Positions 46,381 through 60,800 of a stretch of DNA of 64,000 nucleotides are shown piece by piece. Position 1 is the first letter of the stretch. Every line of letters starts with the position of its first letter. The notes under the pieces were generated by a model. The model saw only the letters and a list, made by a program, of their open reading frames with translations, ran no database searches and was not told the DNA's origin. The position numbers were made by a program, and so were the translations under genes. Location of the stretch: positions 1-64,000 of the forward strand of contig KZ538293.1 of NCBI GenBank assembly GCA_000934665.2, written 5' to 3'. The stretch is from Catajapyx aquilonaris (taxonomy: Eukaryota).

Positions 46381-47499
46381 ATCCAATACTATCGCCCAAG
46401 GATTTAAAAATTAATCCTGCGGGATTGATCCAGGAGCCTAGATGATAGTATCGACTCGCTTCTGTCGCCCTGGAGCTAATGAAGCCCAGCAAATAAAGTA
46501 ACTCCACGGGACTCAATCTCCTCTGTTTTAATCTGGGAACTCCCGACAAAAGAAGAATTTCCATAAACTCTGTGCACCCAAGCGAAGTCCACCCCCACCA
46601 CTACCGCCCTCTAGCGAATGGAGTGTGCTGCCATGCCTTCCAAATTGTCTATAGCATCTATAGAGGCAGAGGATGGCTAACGATCAATAGCAAGCATTGA
46701 AATGCTAGAATAGAAGTTTAGAACACCCAAAAAATAGTGTCGCGCGACTCCAGGAAGGTAGTCATTGACGATGCTGGCAAATGTCACACTTCCTCTTACA
46801 TTGATCAAACATGGTAGGGTTGCTATGGGGGTTTGAAACGAGCCTGTTTTGCACACTGGGGTTGGCTGGAGAGAAGGAGACAGAGAGAGAGGAGATTCTC
46901 ATTTGTCAGTTGAGAGGATGATTGTTGCTGAGATTGAATGGCTGAGGGCCAGGAGGAAGACTAGTTTGAAGGCAAAGTGTCCACTCTGAGTCGATCCAAT
47001 ATCTCAAGAAGGACGGTTGAAGGAGGATGGGAAAAGAGACGGCGCCATGGTAATGTGGAGGGGGAGAAACTTATCTGAGGGGATGGTATCGATGACTGAT
47101 GTTTATTCAAGTGGGTTACAGCACTGTGTAAATGGGTTTGCTTACTTTGGTTTAAATAAATTTAAGGGAGCTAAACAGATGTTAATTAACATCATGCAAC
47201 CTTTAGGATTAATTAGGTCCTCTGGTTTTGGCGTATCGACACTATCGATCACTTGCCTTCCATATTATTAAATTTGAACAGCAACCAAAAATACACCCAG
47301 GCACCAGAATAGTCCTGATGATAAAACTGGCCATGTTATAAATATATATTTCCTTCAGCGATAAATCGATACTAAAGGTTGCTATCCTGCTGTCAATTAT
47401 TTCTTCTGGTTTAAACAAAGGATTGAAAGGAACGTACCGTATTTGTCACAGGTAATATATCGCCTACCATTAGTCATCTCATCAATAAGAGCGGCCCTT

Positions 47500-48360
47500 T
47501 CCATACTATATAACTAATAGGTAGTATCGATGCCATTAATAGAAATCGCTATCGATAGCTATGCTAAATTATATAGCTGCTGTCAATACTGCGTAATAAA
47601 TCCTATCGATACTATTTAATAGTATCGATATGATTTATTACGGCTGTTGTGTAGCATAAATAGCATCGATAGCGATGCTAAATAATATAGCTGCTGTCAA
47701 TACTGCGTAATAAATTCTATCGATACTATTAAATAGTATCGATAGGATTTATTACGGCTGTTGTGTAGCATAAATAGCATCGATAGCGATGCCTATTGAT
47801 AGCATCGATAGTGTCTATTATACGGTATCACAGTAGCTATTATGCGGTATCGACTGTAGCTGTTGTGTAGCATAAATAGTATCCAAAGCGATGTCCATTG
47901 ATATCATTGATAGCTTCTATTATACAGTATCCGCAGTAGCTATTATATAGAATAAAATATAATAGCTACTGTGGATACCGTATAATCGACACTATCGATG
48001 CTATCAATAGACATAACTAGCGATACTATTTATGCCACACAACAGCTACAGTCGATACCGCCGAAGGAGGCTGCGTTTACATGTGAGCTATTTGATCAGC
48101 GATCTGCAGCGACGCATCGTACATCGCTGAGCGAAAGTAACAATCGTGGTAACAATAATTATATTTTCACCCCTAAACAATAAATTGGTCCCATCGATGT
48201 ACATCGCTGCACATCGCTGATCAAATCGCTCACATTTAAACGCAGCTTAATTATATACGATTGATATGCTATCATAAATAGATCCCTATCGATACTAACG
48301 ATACCAAGAGTTAGCTAACAATTATTTACTAGCTCCCTAATGATACTATCGACTTGTTAC
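47500..48360. repeat. ATCGAT-rich palindromic repeat region with ~115-bp tandem duplication; related sequence at ~60060-60800
   Basis: CTATCGATACTATT(T/A)AATAGTATCGATA hairpin occurs twice; many (T)ATCGATA motifs. Confidence 0.7.
48070..48247. mobile_element. MITE with long imperfect TIRs (PIF/Harbinger-like ends)
   Basis: GCTGCGTTTACATGTGAGCTATTTGATCAGCGAT ... ATCGCTGATCAAATCGCTCACATTTAAACGCAGC. Confidence 0.7.
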
Positions 48361-49192
48361 TACTATAACCCATTCAACCGGTCAGATTCCAGGCTAATAG
48401 CCTCCCAAGGTATCAAATGCCCGCAATCATTCCTTCCCAACAATTAAAAAAAAAGAAGATCGTGACAATTATAATCATCATGTTAAGTTTCGGGAGGGCT
48501 TCACGCTCCCTTGGCTTCCATCATGAATCCCACGGGCTATTACCCTCCCTTGTAGACACAGTCATTAGTCCTACTCTGCAAAGCTATGCAGTGCCTTTTG
48601 GGGGCAACTAGGCCAACGATTTGTTCCTCATTGTTCTATGTGTTAAGTTACCTGACGTATATTAATCAAGCATAAAGAGGGACCCTGAAGTTGGCACATG
48701 CTATCGATATTATTTTTTTTCTCCGGCTCGAGTAGGAGTGAGACCGGAAAAAACGTGGTCTCTGCATTGCGGAATTTTCTAGTCCTAGAACCGAAAACTG
48801 GTTCTATCCGAGTGTAAATACTGGGTGAGAATTAGGCCAGAAATATGTGTAATTTCCCAAGGCACCACTAGAGATGCATCCTGATCAGCATGGGTAATCA
48901 GGAAGAACTGAAATATTTTTTGCCCAACCTTGTACTTAGTCCTGGTTCGCTTCCAGATGTAAGTTGAAGTTATGCTTACCTGCAAAGAAGAAAAAAAAAG
49001 TGTCTCGTTAGTGCACATAAATCTAGGTGTACAATTTTGAACAAATTGCAAAGAATCAGTGTAATGTATCCACCACCGTGACTTTAAGACGGCCATTTTG
49101 GGTCCAAGTTATGTGCGATCAGATCCTCTCAAAAGTCATATATTATTTTAAATGCATCCTACCACTATATTAGCCACCTAGGAATAATAATC

Positions 49193-49256
<64 letters not shown>

Positions 49257-52200
49257 TAAATAGCCATTGCATTAACCCAGATGTCTTTTAGTAATATAAA
49301 CAAACTCAAAAACCAATTAATTAATTAATAAGTAGCCTACATAAATCTGCATAAAAATAAATAAATAAAATTAATTAATTAATACATTAATCTGCAGAAA
49401 TAAATAAATAAATAAATACAAATCTGCAGAAAAATATAGCGAAAATATATAGCGAAAATATGTAGCTAAAATAATATAGCGAAAATATGTAGCTAAAATA
49501 TATAGCGAAAATATGTAGCGAAAATAAATAAAAGTCGATGAGAATATCCCAAAATATTGGTTATTATTATTGGTAAGCCATCAGTTGTTTCCTTTAACGT
49601 AGCAGCGAGCAGTTCAATAGCCGTTATTTTAATAACGCTATCTTGCATAAACTAGTTAGGTAACGACAGGTTAGCTACAGGGTGTTTCATAATGAATGTG
49701 ACTGATCTTTTTATATTACGCTATAATAATTATATTAATTATGGAAGCCACGTTGTGACATAATTTTAAATCCGGTTCGTTAGTTACGCAAAATTTAAGC
49801 AAAGGTCATACAGGGTCACATTGAATCAAAAAAGGTGGTTGTATATACTCCGGTTCCATCCATTAGCATTAGGCCCAAATTTGTAAAGCAAATCGTGCGT
49901 TTGCCAGAGGTATTTTGTCAATACCACACTGTCCACTTTGGAAGGACCGATGTAAAACTAGTTGCGTTGCACGGTTCTGGTTTTATCGGTACATATACCC
50001 CCCACCCCCCACTTAAAAAATGTGCCTACTTTTTTTTTTGTTCCGGCAATGCACACGTTGCATTTTACCCTTGGAAAACGTAATGTATGGTCCTCGTGAC
50101 ATTGCGGTTTTCCCATCGAGGTGTTTTGCGGTCAGACAAGACTTCGCGCCGTTCTGAGTCGCTGGTTACAACTCGGCGAAAACGACTTCGAACCAGCGCA
50201 AAAAAAAATTAGGCTACTGGTCGTGACCTGAGTTGGCAAATATTCTCTTTGTTTGCAAAATCGATCTGGGGGTGGGTTTTGGAAGGGGTTAACAATGTAG
50301 GGGGTGATACCTCGACTCAATAAACATGTTGACTAGTTTTTAGGCAGTGTTTATGTCCCGCGGTTATGTATCGGTTTGTTTGCGAATTTTTGGATTTGGC
50401 AAACAGAGTGACGTCATAATGTATGAATATTTGGACGCGATCACCGATCACGACTTGTGGTCGCGTCCAAATAGCTGTTACGTACACTGCAAATATTATT
50501 TTTTTTACCAGTCCACCGCTTGGACAAAGTTTAATATTTAACTTAAATTTAAAGCCATTTGGATTATATTAATTGAAATCATATACGTACAATTAAACAA
50601 ATTAATGCCACAAAATGGAATTTAAATAATAATAACTTAAATAAAATGAAATAAACAAAAATTTAATACATCATTTGACATAATAAATAATCAAACAAAT
50701 TAAGGGCAACAATGAATCATTTAAATAAAAATTAATAGCTGAAATAAATAAATTAAGTTAATAGTTGAAATAAATAAATGAAATTAATAGTTGAAATAAA
50801 TAAATGAAATTAATAGTTGAAATAAATAAATGAAATTAATAGTTGAAATAAATAAAATAAATAATAATAATAATAATTGAGAGAAATAAAATAAAATAAT
50901 ATTACCCATGGTAAAATTAATAAGCATTAATCAAGTAAATATTTAAAATTAATAAGCATTAATCAAGTAAATATTTAAAATTAATAAGCATTAATCAAGT
51001 AAATATTCAAAATTAATAAATATTAAACAAATCAATATTTTAAAGTAGTAGGCTACATATTATGAAATAAATAAATAAATACACAAAAATTTAACAACTT
51101 ATAAAAAACCTTATAAACAAATAGGAATTAAATGAAGAGCACACAACAGTGTAATATTGACATTAGTCTACAATACATAACATTTCCTTCCGATTTTCCA
51201 GCCGGAAAATGTTTCCTGGAGGCGGTGCAACCCCAGGATTTTCTCCATAACCTTTTCCGTGTATGAACCATATGCACATAGATATCCGCACTAATTAGTC
51301 CAGCGACAATTGGCTTCATACAGGCGTGTGATCAGGGAATTCACGCCTCTCGGACCTATTTAAATAGCAGCCCCAATCGCCATTGGCCTTTACACGCCAG
51401 CCATATTTACCCGAAAATAAAACGAGCCCAGCAAACACAACATTTATGAGCATTGCCGCTTCTCTTTGATCATCTAATTAACACAATACATTCCCAGTGA
51501 AAATGGGCTGATTTACACACTCAGCTCGTATCCAGGATATATCTCTGAATAGATATCAAAATGAAACCCACTGCGCCAATTCCCATGGCATTATCCGAAT
51601 CCTCTCTCAGAATTCTATATAAGGGTGCACACTATTATTCAGACCCGCTGCGGTTGCAATGCGCCATAGATATATATCCTCTTAAAGGCATATTTAACAC
51701 AACAAAAGGAGCTGAGTCTGTAGGAATTCAGCGGGCCAAAACGGTGCATTATGGGCCCCCATTTGTGCTCGGCTGGCTCCTTTACATGGCACGAAACTCA
51801 TGGAATTTTGGATAGACTAGGAAAGGCACTGGGATAAGCAAGATTGGTGCTGGATGTAAAATGTATAAGCATATATGCAAATAGGAGCCGCCAAGCGCCG
51901 AATGCGCGCGAACGGGGCCTGGCGGGGCCTATGTTGTCAAATGCGTGTTAATTCCTGGTTACAACATTAAATTCATATTTCCAATATGTGGAACGTATTC
52001 ACATCGGGTCAACCTTCCATTTGGGCAGGACATCTTGGCTGTGGAAAGCCGCACTAAATCTGAAGGATTCGTACAATACCGAAGATAGACTGGTTTTCTC
52101 ATAATAATATCAGATATCTCGTTTTCAAGGGTGACAAAACAGTTTTATTAATCACTTTCTGAGTTTAAAAGCGATGTACTGTATTACAATTCTTTTAGGC

Positions 52201-52959
52201 ACCAATAGGTCCGGTCCATCTGAACCGTGACATCACCCCCACCTTCATCAGACTGTAACGTCTTACACATTCTCAACACTTCATATCAGCCTCGTACCAT
52301 TCCATCTAAAGAACCGTCTTGAAAGGTGGTGTAACAAAGAACCGCATTTCCTTGATTAAATCGACCCGAAGCAGTCACCACATTTCCATTCCAGGCTTCC
52401 ATTTCTCCACAAAATGTCAGAGGTCGCACACCTAACGCCATCTGTAAGCCACCTTTTGGAACACCAAATTGTCCTTTAAAAAATCCACCATTTTTTGTTG
52501 GTAGGCTACAAAAGTAATCAATTTATAGACTTTGTAGACCTCGGAGTCAGGCCCTGTCCGGATTCAAGTCTCTTCCTTTCATATCTGGCCGTGACACTCC
52601 CGGATTACCTGCTCCTTGTCCCCCCTAATGTCACCTAGCTTTGTGTCTGACAAGCCGTGGCACTGGGTCCGGATCCCGGATTAACTGGACCCGGACTCGA
52701 AATCCGGGAGACTGGAAGCTCCGGAGATGCTGGAGGGACTTGATCCCATAATATTTTTAAACACGAAAACATATGGGTATTATATTTTGTCTGTTAGTTT
52801 TATATTTTATACTCTGTTGTATCGAATTGGAATGATCATGAATCCAATCTGGACAAACAAACAAACTTTGGTTTTTTTGTATATAGATTTATTGTTTTAC
52901 ACTTTAATAAATTCTGGACATAGATAGTTTCCCCTTCCACCTACCAAGGAGCTGCCTCC

Positions 52960-53350
52960 ACCCACTGCGCATGCGCAGAACGCGGCCCAATAGAAAGCGT
53001 CGCGGTAACAATATGTTACAGGCCAATAGGAAGCGTCGCGGTAACAATATGTTACAGGCCAATAGGAAGCGTCGCGGTAACAATATGTTGCGGGCCAATA
53101 GGAAGCGTCGCGGTAACAATATGTTGCGGGCCAATCAGAAGCCTTGCTAAAACACGACGAATGCGATCTTAATATTATAGATACTATCCTAGATATCAAA
53201 ATTATTTTTGATCGCATAATATCTATATTTTTAAAATCGCATTCGTCGTGATTTAGTAAGGCTTCTGATTGGTCCGCCGTATATTGTTAGCGCGACTCTT
53301 CCGATTGGCTCCGTCCTGCGCTTGCGCAATAGGGGGAGGAACTCTTCAGT
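52960..53350. repeat. Foldback element with 36-nt CCAAT-containing tandem repeats; related half-copy at ~25100-25235
   Basis: CCAATAGGAAGCGTCGCGGTAACAATATGTTRCRGG x4, mirrored about ~53200 (CACGACGAATGCGAT / ATCGCATTCGTCGTG); GCGCATGCGC at the outer end. Confidence 0.75.
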
Positions 53351-54589
53351 TGCTTGCTGACCGGCGGCGAGTAAACATCGTGGGACGTCTCTCCCGACAC
53401 TTCAACCCTTCCGGCCTAAAGAAATGCAAGCGAAGCGAGGTTTTTATAGCTAATACTTTAATAATACTAAAAAAATAATACAGTAACTATTTCGGTGTGA
53501 ATACAGGGTGATTGCTGATTTGCTGGACGTCAACGTCAACTTCCGGTGTCGTCATTAGCGTACTTTATAAAAAAATAATGGAAGTGCAAATTGTTGACCT
53601 CAGGCCATAACGCTCCGGATTATTACTTGCAACGAATAATAGCCAGAAATGAGTTATCCGGAAGCTGTTTAGAAACCGGTTCTATGAAAATCAACCTAAC
53701 CTGAGAGGAAAGAGTAATGATGTTAATTCACAAACTTGACGCTAAAAATAGCAGTTTGCGATATCCATTGCAGTCCCTTATCAGTGACTATCACACCATA
53801 TGTTCCCTTTAAAAAATTCTTTATCCGTAACCCCTGACACCAGCTGGAAATCTAATCAAAACTAGCCATAGATCCACTTAGCCACTTGTTTTTGAAAAAA
53901 AAAAAAAAGTAGATTCTAAACTTCCAAAAAATTCATGACGCATCCAGCAGGCATGTGTCAGGCGGCTTATAAAATATGTATGGGAAAGTGTGCTTTTTGG
54001 GAGGCCATATTTTTTTTCTCTCTCTCTCTTGCTGTGAAACGTACGTCACTAGCCGTTTAATATTGCAGGAGAAACTGGGCTCAAGTACCGCATAGCACGA
54101 GTGGGTGGAGCTAAGGAATCGATATCGAAAGAATGCGGGCTCAAATTAATCCTTTGTGGGCATCCATGGAATGTGACCTCTTGACCCCACTAGATAGAGA
54201 CACACACGGAATCTATTTTGCAAGAAAGATCCGGTGTGCTACCGGTTTTTTTTGGCTATGTAACCTGGCGTTACCTAACTTTGAATAGTGAAATGGGGGT
54301 GAAACTGCTATATTGGGGGTGTCATTGTGTGAATAAAAATGACGTTACAAAATAATTAAATATCAATCATTCATAAATTAATTTTCTTGTCTATAAGAAA
54401 AAGTTTGTCGGTTTGTCCCATTTCCCTTTCCCCCTGCCGCCCCCGCCCCTCTACCGCCCCGCCACTCTCCTGCCTCAGTGGGTCTGCTAGTAGACTAGTA
54501 AAATAATGCAAATTAAATAAATTGGATATCAAAACAATATAATAATAAAAATAAATTAAATAATGAAAACAGTTCTAATTACATAAATT

Positions 54590-54865
54590 AAATAATAAAA
54601 TGACATGACAATACAAATTAATTAATTAAATAATAAAATGACATGACAATACAAATTAATTAATTAAATAATAAAATGATATGACAATACAAATTAATTA
54701 ATTAAATAATAAAATGACATGACAATACAAATTCATTGATTAAATAATGAAAACAATACAAATTAAATAATTTAAATAGTAAAATGATATGATAATACAA
54801 ATTAATTAATTAAATAGTAAAATGATATGATAATACAAATTAATTAATTAAATAGTAAAATGATG
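54590..54865. repeat. AT-rich ~41-nt minisatellite (other AT-rich arrays at 49190-49530, 50730-51020, 58860-59080, 63860-64000)
   Basis: AATTAATTAAATAATAAAATGACATGACAATACAAATT units. Confidence 0.9.
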
Positions 54866-55859
54866 ATAAATTTAGTTTCAGGATTAATAATCCTATGTAG
54901 GCTTGTGCCTCTGTTTGTCTGCAGTGAGTCATCAGTAGGGTGCAAAGGAACGATGCGACATCTCATATCGTACTGCGTCGACAGTGCTGCCATTTTAGTA
55001 CGGGGGTTCACTCTTGTAATAAAATAAAATAATAAAATAATAAAACGTAGCGTTTATAAAATTATAAAATCTAAAAATAAAATTTACAAAAATAAAATGT
55101 GAGAATATTTAAAAGTAATCAAAGAGCAAAAGTCAAGTAGCTGTTATTAGGCACATGTTACGATTTTGTTGTTGTTGTTGCTGTTGCTGTTGTAAATTGC
55201 CATAGTTATGGCCTTTCTGTTGGAACAGCTTTTTTTCCAGACAACCAAAATAAACACACCTTGCAGACCTGCAACATGCTCCTAGCAAAGCAAGAAATCC
55301 ATAACTTGAAGCCCGTCTTTTCAAGGATATACAACAGCATTTGCTCATTCCATCAAAAATTCTGGCGAATACGGCTATAAAACTAGCTCACCTTGGAGTA
55401 GTACCACAATAGCAAATAGGGTATGAACAATCAGGGGATTTGCTCCCATTCTGCAGTAACAATCTTCCTGATCATGGACTCTGATCACGCAACAACCGCA
55501 AACGCATCCCCTTGTTCGTGGGTATACAGTATCACACCCCTTGAGGGTAAAAACGAGTGCATGTGATCACGCAGCACGTTCCTCCAGGGGTGGGCTAACA
55601 AGTGGGGGTGGGGGTGGGGGGGAAGACTTCAAATTGCTTTTCTTCTGCCAAGGGTTGTAAAGGAGAAAATGGCCGGCTTTTTTTTTCTTTCTCTCAGGAG
55701 AGTAAGGGGGAAATGTGAGGTAGAAGCAGACGATGCTTGGTAGAAGAAATACAGGAGGGGAAGGAAAATGGCCTGCTAGAATTGTAATCGTGGCTTGTAA
55801 ATGATACCATGGTTTTATAAAGTTTAGAAGGTTTGTACAGCATCATTTTTAGACACAAG

Positions 55860-56510
55860 GTACGTGTCTGCCATGCATAGTTGTGCTGAACGTGTCGGCC
55901 ATTTTGAACGGAACGAAATGTGTCGGCCATTTTGATTCAGGTGGAACGGGTCCGACATTTTGAGATATATGTCCACCATTTTTAAATGGAAGGAATGTGT
56001 CCCCCATTTTGAATGGAAGTGCCATTTCGAATGGAAAGACCATTTGGGATGGAAGAACCATTTCGAATGGAAGGACCATTTCGAATGGAAGGACCATTTT
56101 GGATGGAAATGGTTCAAATTGGGGGACACATTCTTTCCATTCAAAATGGGATACACATTCCTTCCATTCAAAATGGGGGATACGTTCTTTCCAGACATTC
56201 CGTGTCCCCCCCCCCCCCTTGAATGGAAGAAATGTGTCAGCCATTTTTACACGTAAGGAACGTGTCCACCATTTTGGATCAAACGGAACGTGTTTTGTAC
56301 CGAACAAGAAGTGTCCGCTATATGTAGACAAAATGCATGTGTCTGCCATTTTGAATGGAACGGAATGTGCCCGCTACTTTTAGACATAAACATGTCCGCC
56401 ATGTTTGAATGTGCGGAACGTGTCAACCACTTTTGGACCAAACGGAACATGTCGGCCATTTTGTAACGAACAATAAGTGTTGGCCATTTTGAACCCGAAT
56501 TGAACGAATG
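55860..56510. repeat. Degenerate ~19-28-nt tandem array built on CCATTTT
   Basis: Recurrent TGTGTC.GCCATTTTGAA.GGAA.GAA and CCATTTCGAATGGAAGGA. Confidence 0.85.
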
Positions 56511-57395
56511 GACCATTAGACACTGCTCCTATGCCATCTTTAAATGCTCTAATCATGTAGCCAATTAAAATATCGTCAATTCCACATCTCTTTTAACCAG
56601 AACTGGGCATTAAGCATAACTTTAGTCCGTTTTAAATTAAGCATTGGCCTAAATTACGTAACACTGTCAACCATTTTGAATCCTTATGCAAATACCCACC
56701 ATTTTGAATCTGCCACACTTAATGTGGGCAGCCATTTTGAATCCAGCACCCCAGATGTGGCAAACTTCTAGCCCGTTTCCAACACGAACTTGACCTATTG
56801 CCTCTGGGAGAGACTTTCAACAATGGGGGCTAACACCGGCTCATATGTCTAACATGGCGCCACGATCAATGTGGGGCCGAGTCCAATAATGGAACGGCGC
56901 CTAAGGCCAGCTCATGTGGGTATCACGTTGCGGATATGTGCCTGGGGGCATTTTTGTGTGTGTTTTTTATTGTTGTCGACCCGGTGGACTAATGGTCGGT
57001 GCGAGAATAGAATCCATGGCGTGTCCAGCCGACTGGACATTTCGAGTAATTAATGGACGGCGATGCAGACGTACCAAGGTTCAATACATATATGATGACT
57101 GGCGGCCATGTTTTGGCTTCAATTAGCTGATTAATTAACGTGGGGCACTTGATTTGGTCTCATTGTTCACTTGGAGCAATCCGGATTGTTGACTGGAGGC
57201 CTAATCGAGGCGTAAAATGAATCGCAAATTGGGGAAATGGTAGTGATATAGATTATCGGTGGAATAGTTTATACAGACGGACACAAAATGGCGGTTGACC
57301 CAGACTAATTTTGACTAACTTGAATATTTTTACTAAGCGTTACGATGTAACGGGAGGTTAGGTTAGGTTAGCGGAGGTTAGGTTAGAGGAGGTTA

Positions 57396-57560
57396 CCCTT
57401 ACCAAAATCCTCCCGACCTAGCAATTTGCGACCTGGCAGTTACGTTGTACATCGCAAAATGCCAGCTCGCACAAACCTCGTATTTTGCGACCTACGGGCG
57501 AGGTCGCCAGGTGCACCTCGTAAAATGCGACATCGTGGCAGTGTCAAATTTTGGTAAGGG
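57396..57560. mobile_element. Small TA-flanked MITE inserted in an AGGTT-rich repeat
   Basis: TA|CCCTTACCAAAAT ... ATTTTGGTAAGGG|TA, perfect 13-bp TIR. Confidence 0.75.
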
Positions 57561-57585
57561 TAGGACAGCGGATGTTAGCTTTGGT

Positions 57586-57820
57586 TAGAGGAGGTTACGA
57601 TAGAGGAGGCTACGATAGAGGAGGTTACGATAGAGGAGGTTACGATAGAGGAGGATACGATAGAGGAGGATACGATAGAGGAGGATACGATAGAGGAGGT
57701 TACGATAGAGGAGGTTACGATAGAGGAGGTTACGATAGAGGAGGTTACGATAGAGGAGGATACGATAGAGGAGGTTACGATAGAGGAGGATACGATAGAG
57801 GAGGTTACGATAGAGGAGGT
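57586..57820. repeat. 15-nt minisatellite, ~15.7 units
   Basis: TAGAGGAGG(T/A/C)TACGA. Confidence 0.95.
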
Positions 57821-60800
57821 TAGATTAGGTTAAGTTTAAAGAAAAGTTAAACATTAAACTGCCATTAACCCTTAACGCTCGGTTAGACATGTCGTATAGG
57901 TGGTTAAACACCACGTATACACTAGCCTTATCCACCATCTATATTTATAACCTTTTCTACCACTTCAGCGGCCATTTTCCGTCCGAATTCTCCTCGCTCC
58001 AGCAGAGTAGTCGCCATATTTCACCCCCATGGCAAAGACATACTCAAATCCATTAATAGAGAAATACGAGGTCCTGAGCCGAACCGAGCGAAGACAATTA
58101 CTATTGGTCCATAGACCTGAATGGTACTCCTGAGGTCTTGATGGGAAACACACCAAAAGGCATTGCTTTCGGCACCTCGTCTCAGGATCTGGGGAATTGC
58201 CCTTTTATTTATTTATCTTTTTCTTGGGCTCTTTTTTTGCCATCTCCATTTTGGAGCTGTCAAGATGGCTCGAAAATGGAGGGAGGAATCGAATGACACG
58301 GGCTTCCTTTTGTAATTCCGTTGGGAGGCTGGTACCAAGCCTGGTTTAGAAATCAGGTCTGTATGTGTGAAAGTTATTTTGGGCTGACTTAATGGGGGAC
58401 GCTCGATAGGCGCAATGTGACGTCTGCAAAAGGGCAGAGTTGCGCTGTGTAGGGTGGCCAAAATGTGGCCGGAAGAGAGATAACGCACATTTTTATACAA
58501 ATTGGGAGGAAAAATTAACATGATTAATCAATCTCTAATGAAAATATGTGCTAATTGCACAAATTAAAATTGATGTAATAAATTTGTCATTTAACTAGTT
58601 AGAAAATTATAAAGTGAAGATGAATACCTTAGAGGTTAACAAGAGATAATAAAAATGCAATAAAAATGATTAAATTGTAAATTTAATAAATCGATGAAAT
58701 ATAACGTAATAATAAAATAATGAAAATTAAGAAAGGAAAATTCATAAGAGAAAAATTTAAAACAAATTTAAAAAATTAATCTTATAATAATAAAACGAAA
58801 TAACCCAAGATATAGCTAAAATTATATAATATAATATAATATATAAATGACTGCACTAATAAAATAAAATAAGTTTATATATGACTAAATTAATATAAAA
58901 TAATAACATAATATAATATAACTATATAATAATATAAAATAATAATAATATAAAATAATAATAATATAAAATAATAATAATATAAAATAATAATAATATA
59001 AAATAGCAATAATATAAAATAATATAATAAAATAATATTATATCATATTATATTATAATATAATAATATAATAATAAAATACAATGACTGATAGAGTAAA
59101 ATTTAAATAATAAAGTAAAGTAAAACTTCAATAATAAATTGCATAACTAAAGTGAAACAAAAATAGCTAAAATGACATGAAATGATGTAATCAGTTATAA
59201 GATAATATGAACAGATAAAGGAACTGTTTGATGTGTACTCAGTACCAGTATGTGGAAAAAGTGGAATGTACTTAGGGAATTCTGGTTCTTTGGTGGAACA
59301 ACGTGTTCTGATAATTATGTGTCGGAACATAATCAATTTATAACTTCTGTTCAGGCTAATCCGGGTCCATCAGCTATTTTTAAAATGCCCAATATCCACT
59401 AAACGTCACTTCAGATTAAGCAAAAGCGACATGTCACGTTCAGTGTGTGATGGTTTGGTTACAAAACACATTCGGTTCAACCTAGCTTAAAGCTAATCGA
59501 ATTCGCAAATGCAAATATGATTGAACCCCAATTATTTTTGCAGTGATGTGTTCGATACTGTCTGGTATTATTGACAATCATCCCCTGTAGTTTTTAGCAG
59601 TGCTTGAAGGTCACCCCCAAAATGTCACCCTTAATTTTGCGACCGATCGAATTGGAAAATTCGAGCAGGTTCAACCAACCGGAATCGAGCGAAAATGCTA
59701 AGTTTCTTCCACCGTTATTTTTTTGTGTGCAACAATGGGCTTGAGTGAGCCAAGCTGGTCCTAGGAAAAACCAACTGGAGCGTAGCTGGTTTTTCGAAGC
59801 AGGGAGCAGAAAATGGCCTTTTTTTTCAGAGGGCTGGAGGATAGAGGCTATATCACACTAGGAGAGGCCAATTTTCATGACCAAAATCAAATTTATGCCC
59901 GTTTGATATCCTTCCAAGCCCTCCAGGGTTGGAATTACATTTCCTGGCAATTGGGCCGGGCATAACTTGGATATTAAACTTGAAGCGGTAATGATTTTTT
60001 GAAGAGAGAATTTGATCATTTGGCTTTAAAAACGGTTTTTTTCCGGTTAGAGACCGGCTGGGGCGATAGTATCGATTAATCATCATTGGCGCTACTTAAT
60101 GAAGGTCAGCAGTTATTAGGTGATCGTTTGGACATGCTTGATCGATCACATTATCAGTATCGTTCCATCACTATAGAACAGATATCGCCTGATCATTGGC
60201 ATGTTTTTCCTGACTATCGTAAGAGTATGGATATCGACTAATTATCTGTATTGTGGCACATGATGAGCAAGATAACATTTTCGGAAATACCCAGGTCATC
60301 ATCATAGCATCTCGCCATTGACAAGAGCGTTAAGTTACTGATAGTCAATAGTATCGATTTCTCATTAAGATGCTGTCCTGATCAGGCTATAGCAGATCAA
60401 TACCGCCCTGGTGATTAGGAGATGCAATGATGATAATCGTTGTTCAAAATCTTTATAAAGAGCCGACAGCATAGGTTAGTGATACTATCGTTATAATATA
60501 TGGACATATATGATACTATAGACAGATATATTTGGCCATTAACAGAGCAGCGTGGCCAGTTCGTCAATTCACTTGAAAATAATAGGCCTACTATGACAGA
60601 ATCGCAGGATGATCATATAGAACCGATAAAAATAGCATGGAAGATAGTATCGACTAGCGATAGTATCGATGGAAGTTATAAAATAATGTACATATAAACA
60701 GAGGACCACACTGCGTTGAACTACATTTCAAGCTACCGTAATCCAGTATATCACCATGAATAAATCCTAATGCATATAGACCTGATACTATCGTCAATCA

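Noticed and set aside
46147..46445. Poly-His/Arg/Asp/Thr ORFs
   Set aside because: Translations of a trinucleotide microsatellite.
51130..52480. Coding-like unique island between AT-rich arrays (possible viral or TE relic)
   Set aside because: Stops in all frames and no motif I can recognise; needs tBLASTx/HHpred.
55824..56516. WK/MAD-repeat ORFs
   Set aside because: Products of a degenerate DNA tandem array whose unit lengths are often not multiples of three.
57350..57395. TTAGG telomeric repeats
   Set aside because: Only a few interrupted units, internal to a repeat element.
57551..57823. ORF of (RGGYD)n resembling FUS/TAF15 RGG boxes
   Set aside because: It is a 15-nt minisatellite derived from the flanking TAGAGGAGGTTA / AGGTT repeats; no ATG start, splice sites or adjoining RRM/zinc-finger exons.
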